From Thecamonas trahens ATCC 50062 (Eukaryota; Protista; Apusomonadida), in assembly GCF_000142905.1 (NCBI RefSeq), contig NW_013657626.1, forward strand, positions 186,001-250,000: DNA of 64,000 nt, written 5' to 3'. Of the stretch, positions 56,844 to 64,000 are shown in pieces (position 1 is the stretch's first letter; every line of letters begins with the position of its first letter). The notes under the pieces were generated by a model that searched no databases, was not told where the DNA came from, and saw only the letters and a program-made list of their open reading frames with translations. Made by a program: the position numbers and the translations under genes.

Positions 56844-58207
56844 CCTCAATGATCAATCAAAAAGGGGTCACAAGGACGACGAAGGAGAGGAGGAGAGGGA
56901 GAGGGTGGGGGAGGTCGGAGCAAAGTCAAACTACCACGCGAGAACAGGCGGACAAGGGGACCACTTGTCGTAGACCGCGGTATGTCCTGCTGCGGAACTG
57001 GTGTTGTGTCGGTGGTGTGCGACGGGTGTGTTGCTCTGAAGGGAGGGGGGGAGGGTGTTCCGTCTAAAGTGTGGCCAGCGGGGATGCAACCGTTGCTTAA
57101 AAACGACGTGTTGTTGTTCGGTGGATATGCGGTGGATGGCGACAATGTCACGGGGACGGCTATACAATGGCTTATGTTGTCGAGGGTGTTGTCAAGTCGT
57201 GTGTTGGCGGCTGTGGAGGGGTAGGGGAGGGATGAAGAGGTAGGGAAGTCGGGCGAGGGGAGTCGGGCGGGGGGTGAGCGGCAGCTTGTGGATTGCGGGT
57301 TAGCCTCACTCTTCGAAGTTGAGTGCCATTCCACGCCAAGCGTTTGTCATGGCATTGACGTGCGGGAGAACACATGAGCACGTGCAGGAGGTGCGGCAAA
57401 CTAGGCCGCTCTGTTTACGGAGGCGGCCGGAGGCAGGCCATCGGAGGGAAGCAGTGGTATGCCACACGGCATCGAGAGAGGCGCGCACGGGGGGAGGGGG
57501 GGGGGGGGGGGGGTCCAGGATCGGGCTCGGCGGTGGGTGGCCCGAGATGGAGTTAGACGGACGCGGTGGCGTCGGTAGCCGACTTGTTACACTGATGATN
57601 NNNNNNNNNNNNNNNNNNNNNNNNNNNNNNNNNNNNNNNNNNNNNNNNNNNNNNNNNNNNNNNNNNNNNNNNNNNNNNNNNNNNNNNNNNNNNNNNNNNN
57701 NNNNNNNNNNNNNNNNNNNNNNNNNNNNNNNNNNNNNNNNNNNNNNNNNNNNNNNNNNNNNNNNNNNNNNNNNNNNNNNNNNNNNNNNNNNNNNNNNNNN
57801 NNNNNNNNNNNNNNNNNNNNNNNNNNNNNNNNNNNNNNNNNNNNNNNNNNNNNNNNNNNNNNNNNNNNNNNNNNNNNNNNNNNNNNNNNNNNNNNNNNNN
57901 NNNNNNNNNNNNNNNNNNNNNNNNNNNNNNNNNNNNNNNNNNNNNNNNNNNNNNNNNNNNNNNNNNNNNNNNNNNNNNNNNNNNNNNNNNNNNNNNNNNN
58001 NNNNNNNNNNNNNNNNNNNNNNNNNNNNNNNNNNNNNNNNNNNNNNNNNNNNNNNNNNNNNNNNNNNNNNNNNNNNNNNNNNNNNNNNNNNNNNNNNNNN
58101 NNNNNNNNNNNNNNNNNNNNNNNNNNNNNNNNNNNNNNNNNNNNNNNNNNNNNGGGGGGGGGGGGGTCCGAGGATCGGGCTCGGCGGTGGGGTGGCCCGA
58201 GATGGAG

Positions 58208-58807
58208 TTAGACGGACGCGGTGGCGTCGGTAGCCAGGCTGACGTCAGTGTCCGAGTTGGCGTCTGGCTCGGCAGCAAGCTCGCGCTGGAGCTCGTTGAT
58301 TGCAAAGAGGAGGAGGGAGAACTGCTTTGTCCGTCGGCTCTTCTTGGCGGCGAGGGCGTGCTCGGCGGCGTCGAGGGCGTCGAGACGCGAGCGGACGTTG
58401 TCCAGGGCCGCCAGCGAGTCTGAACGCTTGGGGAACTCGGAGATCTTGGAGGCGAGCATGTCGTACTCCTCGTTGTTGCGCCGCTTAACCCTCTCGGCCG
58501 CGAGGCGGTCCTGCAGGGTGGCGACGTCGTCGGCGACTGCGAGCTCTGCGGCGCGGATGCCCTCCAGCGCCTTCTCGTACAGCTCGTGCTGAGCTGCCGC
58601 ACGGCCGTGCAGAGCCCTGCTCCGGCCCATGTCCAGCGCATACGTCTCCAAGTCGCGCAGCAGCGCGCTCGCCGTCCGCTCCACCTCGTCCGCATCGACA
58701 GGCTCTGCCTTGAGCGACTTGGCGAGGAGAAAGTAGCGCTTGACAATGTTGGTCAGCTGCGGCTTCTCGCCCAGCTCGAGCCTGGCCCGCACAACGTCTT
58801 CGTCCAT
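58208..58807 (-). CDS. THOC7: THO complex subunit 7
   Basis: DEDVVRARL, RRNNEEYDMLASKI..PKR, RRTKQFSLLLFAINELQ. Confidence 0.85.
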   Translation of the reverse strand: MDEDVVRARLELGEKPQLTNIVKRYFLLAKSLKAEPVDADEVERTASALLRDLETYALDMGRSRALHGRAAAQHELYEKALEGIRAAELAVADDVATLQDRLAAERVKRRNNEEYDMLASKISEFPKRSDSLAALDNVRSRLDALDAAEHALAAKKSRRTKQFSLLLFAINELQRELAAEPDANSDTDVSLATDATASV

Positions 58808-59207
58808 GGTGTGTGGAGGAGTGGGGTGGTGGGAGGGGTGAGAGCGGAGGTGGGGTTGTGGGAGGGGTGAGAGTGGCGGCGGTGACGGGGCAAACTTGGT
58901 CAGTGCAGCCAGGGAGGGGTTGGAGGGGGGTTGACAGGGGAGAAAATTCTTTTAGTGGGGCTGGGACAAATTTTCTCAGTTTTACTTGCGGAGAATTATG
59001 ACTACAAATTGGCGCACACGGGTCAAGTCCGCCGTTGAGTGGTGGAGCTCAGCAGAGGAGTGCGATTGAAAGCTTGTGGTTATGACGGGGGACGGTCGTT
59101 GATTTTCTTAGATGCGATGGCTGTGGGCGGAGGAGGCATACGGGAAGGCTAGCGTGGGCTCTTTCTTCATGCCAGCGCGATGTGGCGGCGCGGTGTTGCG
59201 GCGTTGG

Positions 59208-60455
59208 CTAGACCCGTGCAAGCGTGATGCGCCAACGGAGGATGGTGAAGAGGAGGGTGACAAGAGTTGGCACAAAGTAAACGACGAGCGAGGGGATGGA
59301 GCGGAGGATGCGGAGGATACGTCCGAGGAGCGAGGTGGCGAGCTGGAGCGCGTCCATGACAAAGGCAGCGAGCGAGAACGACGACGGGTTGGAGGCTGCG
59401 GCGACGCGGGAGCGCGGCGCACCCGGGTTGGCCCGGATGGAGCGCTGGAACGACGACGACGACGACGCCGGCGCCGCGGCCGACGATGCGCGGGTGTGGG
59501 CGTCGACCATAGCCGAGAGCTCGTCGACGCGGGCGAGCGCAGCGTGAAGCCGGGCCTCGAGACGGGCTACGAGCGCGGCCATGGCGGCGAGCGGATCACG
59601 CTGGCTCGCGGCGGCAGCGTCGCCGTCGTCACTCTCAACCAGGCTCGTGTCGCCATCCATGGTCTGGGTGGTGTCGTGATAGAGAGTGGCGGCCGAGGCG
59701 GCTGAAAGTGCCGAGGCGTCCGAGGCGAGCGAGGTGGAGAGCGCCGGCGGGATCGGGCGGAGCTCGCCGTAGATGTGCGGGAGCGGCACGACCGGACGGT
59801 CGTCAGGCGCAGCAAGCCACTCGCGAAAGTACTTCATGTACATCGAGGCCGACGAGGTGGCGAGGCCAATGATGAAGACCTCAAAGACCGAGCCGAGGAG
59901 CGGCATGGAGAACGAGATGCGACAGTGCGCCTCGACCACAATGCCCGGCACGCCGGCCTCTGCCCGCAGCGCCTCCAGCTGAGTCGTGCTCTGCACGCCT
60001 GACGCCACCTCGGGATCCATCAGCAGCGCCGCGCCGGCAGCGGCATCGTCAACAACCCGGAAGACGACGCGGGCGTTGAAAAAGGTGGCCATGAGGTTGG
60101 GCCCAAAGTCGGCCTGGGTGAAGAACTTGCCATCGCGGGTAAAGACCAGCAGCTGGCGCTCGGTCATGCCCACCGTGTTGGTCCCCACCACCGAGGCGAT
60201 GGCCGCCGGAAACGGAATGCCCACCGCGTTAAAGGTGCAGATCCGCTCGTAGGCCCGAGTCAGCTCGCCCAGCGCCACCCCCGTCGCCGCCGCCGCGTCA
60301 GGCAAGCCCGCTGGCTCCCACTCGGTGATGACCACGTCCTCGTCGGCCCGCGCTGCCGCATGGTACGTCGCCTTGAGTCCTGCATCACACCCGTACTCGA
60401 GAAACGTCTGCGCAGTGCAGGGGAACCAGCCAGCTACACGTCCGACGCGCACCAT
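59208..60455 (-). CDS. VASt/StARkin-like lipid-transfer domain + coiled coil + C-terminal membrane anchor
   Basis: DVVITEW, R..TF, TERQ and a C-terminal VEA..ISF..PLLGSVFE.FI pattern; hydrophobic tail. Confidence 0.5.
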   Translation of the reverse strand: MVRVGRVAGWFPCTAQTFLEYGCDAGLKATYHAAARADEDVVITEWEPAGLPDAAAATGVALGELTRAYERICTFNAVGIPFPAAIASVVGTNTVGMTERQLLVFTRDGKFFTQADFGPNLMATFFNARVVFRVVDDAAAGAALLMDPEVASGVQSTTQLEALRAEAGVPGIVVEAHCRISFSMPLLGSVFEVFIIGLATSSASMYMKYFREWLAAPDDRPVVPLPHIYGELRPIPPALSTSLASDASALSAASAATLYHDTTQTMDGDTSLVESDDGDAAAASQRDPLAAMAALVARLEARLHAALARVDELSAMVDAHTRASSAAAPASSSSSFQRSIRANPGAPRSRVAAASNPSSFSLAAFVMDALQLATSLLGRILRILRSIPSLVVYFVPTLVTLLFTILRWRITLARV

Positions 60456-61137
60456 AGTGGAGAGGTGGTTGTGGTTGAGTTGTTGACGTGGCTGGCGAGG
60501 GGGAGGGAGGGGGGAGGGAGAGAGGGGAACGATCGGGGCGATCGGAGGGTTAAGGGGGGTAGGAGATGGAGGGGGGGCGGGGATGCGAGGTTTGCGTGTG
60601 GGGGGGGGGGCGGATTCTGGTTGATGGGGGGCGGAGGAGGGAGAGGGGGAAGGGCGCCGACGTGAAATCGGGGATCAATGGTGTCGCCCTGACAGTTCGG
60701 AAGCCGACGTGCAGATCGGTGGCCGCTTAGACTCTAGTTGACACCAGAGAACACAGCAGAGTGTGCGATAAAGCATGCAAGTGAGGAAGGGTGGTGCCTG
60801 TGGCTTGATGCGAGATACTGGTCGCCGCGATCTGGTTGTGGTTGTGCTGGTTATAGGCACACGGAGATGCCATCGTTTGCCCGGATGGTTTGCTGCAAAA
60901 ACCATCTCAGTCCGATCGATGCGGGCCAGCCAACTCATGAGATGAGATGGTGTGTGTGTGTGTGTGTGCGTGTGTGTGTGTGTGTGTGTGTGACTGATGG
61001 CGGTGTCTGGGTGGCGGTCGGGTGGCAGGTGCAGGTGGCCGGTAGCAGCGGGTGGCGGGTGGCGGGCAGTGGCGGTTGTTGCAGAATCGAGCCAGGTCGG
61101 CTTTCGGCACCACTTCACCCCCACCTCCCTGAGCAAC

Positions 61138-63254
61138 ATGGCTGCCAACGACCCGCTGATGGACGACGACCTTGTCGATTACGAGGACGATGCCGTGCTC
61201 AATGAGGTTGCGCCTGCTGCCGACGAGGAGTCGAACAAGTACGTCGCAGCCTGACTCTCTCTCTCTCTCTCTCTCTGTCTCTGTCTCTCTCCTCGCCCGC
61301 TTGCCGCCGGCTCGGTGGCCTGCCGAGTCGCCCTAGCGCGACCTGACCTGCCCGCAGTCCACGGCGCAAGCTACGGCCCACCCACGCTCTTGCGCGGGCC
61401 CGGCGGTGCTTGCAAACTGGCTTGCTTCTGAAAGCACTCGCTGCAGTCTCTCTGCATGCTCCGCACCCTCTCCTCGCCCGCCAATCCGTGCCCCCCCTCC
61501 CCATCCCTGTGGCCAGCGGCGAGGAGGATGAAGCCGCCAGAAACCGGGTGGGCTTTTTTTTGGCCTTTGGCCCTCTGCGCCCCTCGCCACGCCAGGCTGT
61601 GCCAGGCTGTGCCAGGCTGCCTGCAGCGCATGGCCACGTTGGAGACGTAGGTAGAGTGGTTGGCCAGTGGTGTTCGCCATGGCCACCGTTCTACCACCTC
61701 CCCGCTCTCCCTCCCTCTCTCTCCCTGTCTTCCTTCCTTCCTTCGGTCCCCCCCGCTCGTACTCGCCCGCCAAGCAACTGCGCCATGCTTCGCCAAGCTA
61801 CGCCAAACAACCGCGCCAAGCTACGCCAAGCTACGCCAAGCTACGCCAAGCTACGCCAAGCTACGCCAAGCTACGCCAAGCTACGCCAAGCTACGCCAAG
61901 CCACACCAAGCTACGCCAAGCCACACCAAGCTACGCCAAGCTTCGCAAGCAACGCCAAGCAACTATGTTACGGCACACAGCGGTCGCTCGCTCGCTTGCT
62001 CGTCCACTCCCCCCCCCCCCCCCGCCTCACCAGGCCACTCGCTCGGCAGTCGCACACTAACCCTTCCCTTCCCCCAGGGCCGGTGACTATGTGGGCATCC
62101 ACTCGTCTGGCTTCCGCGACCTCCTGCTCAAGCCCGAGCTCATCCATGCCATTGTGGACTGCGGTTTCGAGGCGCCGTCCGAGGTGCAGCACCAGTGCAT
62201 TCCGCAGGCGATCCTCGGCTCGGACGTGATCTGCCAGGCCAAGTCGGGCATGGGCAAGACGGCAGTGTTTGTCATTGCGTCGCTCCAGCAGCTCGAGCCG
62301 GTCGATGGCGAGACGCACGTGATTGTGCTCTGCCACGCGCGTGAGCTTGCCTTCCAGATTGCGCACGAGTACGAGCGGTTCTCCAAGTACATGCCTGCGG
62401 TCAAGACGGCTGTGTTCTACGGCGGCGTGCCGATCAAGACGCACCGCGACCAGCTCAAGAACGAGTACCCGCATGTGGTTGTGGGCACGCCCGGGCGCAC
62501 GCTCCAGCTTGTTCGCGAGAACGCGCTCAAGCTCGCCAACGTCCGCCACTTTATTGTGGACGAGTGCGACCGCGTGCTCGAGTCGCTCGACATGCGCCGC
62601 GACATCCAGGAGATCTTCCGTGCCACGCCGCACGACAAGCAGGTCATGATGTTCTCGGCGACGCTCGACGAGGAGATGTCGGCCATCTGCGAGAAGTTCA
62701 TGAACGACCCGATGAAGATCCTCATCAACTCGTCCAAGCTCACGCTCCACGGCCTCCAGCAGCACTACATCAAGCTTGCCGAGGAGGAGAAGAACCGCAA
62801 GCTCAACAACCTGCTCGACGCGCTCCAGTTCAACCAGGTCGTCATCTTTGTCAACAAGGTCTCGCGCGCCAAGGCCCTCAACAAGCTCCTGGTCGAGTAC
62901 TCGTTCCCGTCGATCTGCATCCACTCGGCACTCCGCCAGGACGAGCGCATTGCCCGCTACAAGTCGTTCAAGGACTTTAACCACCGCATCCTCGTCGCCA
63001 CCGACCTCTTTGGCCGCGGCATCGACATCGAGCGCGTCAACATCGTCATCAACTACGACATGCCCACCGACCACATGCAGTACCTGCACCGTGTCGGCCG
63101 CGCCGGCCGCTTCGGCACCAAGGGTCTCGCCATCTCGTTTGTCACCGGCAACGCCGAGGACGCCGACATCCTCGAGAAGGTCCAGTCGCACTTTGAGGTC
63201 AACATCACCGAGCTGCCCGACGTTGTCGACTCGGCCTCGTACATGAACAACTAA
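61138..63254 (+). CDS. DDX39B: Spliceosome/TREX RNA helicase UAP56/Sub2, intron 61239-62077
   Basis: LVDYEDD in exon 1; [31 protein letters not shown] box, [17 protein letters not shown]. Confidence 0.95.
61791..61960. repeat. 10-bp minisatellite (CTACGCCAAG)n in the UAP56 intron
   Basis: Eight perfect copies at 61821-61900 plus CCACACCAAG variants. Confidence 0.95.
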
Positions 63255-63335
63255 GCTTGGTTAAGCTTTGTGCTTTGCAGTAACACGCAGCCCCACTCTC
63301 GTGCCCCCCCTCGCCACGCAGCCGCCAGGCAAGCT

Positions 63336-64000
63336 TCACGCCGCAGCCTGCGCCCGGCCCATCGCCCGCTGTGAGACAATCAGGATCCGGTGCGCGTCGA
63401 CGACGCTGCCGCGGACCGCGTCCGACCACGCCCGGAGATGGGCGCGGACCTCGTTGACAATGGCGGCGTACTCGTTGCCTCGCGCGAGGTGGTCGCGAAC
63501 CTCGGTGAGCGCAGCCGCCCGCTTGGCGGCAATCTCGGCCGCCACTCCGCCGTCCGTCGGGCTGTGCGACCGCCGTTGGTGGTGGTGACCGCGTCTGCTC
63601 TGTGTCACAAACAGCGTCGAGTGCGGATCGCCTGACGCCATGTCGCGCGAGGCGGATGCGGATGCGGAGGTGGCGGCTGCAGAGCCTGCACTGTCATCTT
63701 GGTCGTCGTCAATGAGTACGCCAGGTAGCGCAAGCGTTTGCAGATACTCAGCGACAGCGTGCAGCGAGAGCGGGGCGTTGTCGAGGCGGGCGAGGTGGTC
63801 CTCAGAGAGCCGTGTCCGGGCCCGGACCACGTCGCACAAGTCCGAGATGGTGGTGACGAGGAGTTGGCTTTGGCTGGCAAGCAGGTCGGCCCGGCGGTGG
63901 GCGGCATCGGCGTCTTGGCGAGTGCGGCCCAGCTCGCGGGCATCGGCCTCGAGCGAGTCGACCCGCTCTCGGAGGGCCTTGGTCTCGGCCTCAAGCTTGC
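63336..64000 (-). CDS. 3' end of a coiled-coil protein (5' end beyond the window)
   Basis: Open frame from the window end: KLEAETKALRERVDSLEADAREL... to the stop at 63336. Confidence 0.6.
   Translation of the reverse strand, partial: KLEAETKALRERVDSLEADARELGRTRQDADAAHRRADLLASQSQLLVTTISDLCDVVRARTRLSEDHLARLDNAPLSLHAVAEYLQTLALPGVLIDDDQDDSAGSAAATSASASASRDMASGDPHSTLFVTQSRRGHHHQRRSHSPTDGGVAAEIAAKRAAALTEVRDHLARGNEYAAIVNEVRAHLRAWSDAVRGSVVDAHRILIVSQRAMGRAQAAA

Noticed and set aside
57100-57224. NDVLLFGGY Kelch-like fragment
   Set aside because: A single short motif with no ATG-led ORF or further repeats.
57510-58235. ~70-bp duplicate of the THOC7 3' end on both sides of gap 57600-58153
   Set aside because: The copies differ by single-base indels next to a poly-G tract and flank a gap, which points to an unmerged contig overlap rather than a real duplication.
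58940-58978. 9-bp inverted repeat GAGAAAATT...AATTTTCTC upstream of THOC7
   Set aside because: Short AT-rich stem with no other ncRNA hallmarks.
61791-61960. Possible CRISPR-like array
   Set aside because: Head-to-tail 10-mers with no spacers and no cas genes.
1-64000. Many long antisense or alternative-frame ORFs, and ORFs spanning N runs
   Set aside because: Shadow ORFs caused by high GC3, or artefacts of translating through gaps.

Overview
Gene-dense, GC-rich eukaryotic DNA with short GT-AG introns (donors mostly GTACG), poly-G/C tracts and N gaps. Gene content and style suggest a unicellular relative of animals and fungi, possibly an apusomonad such as Thecamonas trahens; this is inference only. 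About 25 protein genes can be supported, including MEST-like hydrolase, prolyl 4-hydroxylase, TEX9, GTF3C1, RBM42, LYS1, an F-BAR/WW/SH3 protein, a P4-ATPase, a Tweety/prominin-like protein, an eIF4G-like protein, CTDNEP1, CHMP5, BAG6, THOC7 and UAP56. There are also two FG-GAP propeller proteins, an LRR-7TM receptor and a decayed piggyBac. The two strongest leads are an uninterrupted ORF fusing an Asteroid/FAM120-type PIN nuclease to a complete canonical poly(A) polymerase (14848-18939), and a spliced gene with a Speedy/RINGO-like CDK-activator domain, a family usually considered animal-specific (28564-29980). Six genes have an apparent -1 frameshift at a short A/T run, most likely sequencing undercalls. 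All family assignments are by-eye motif recognition; no searches were run.
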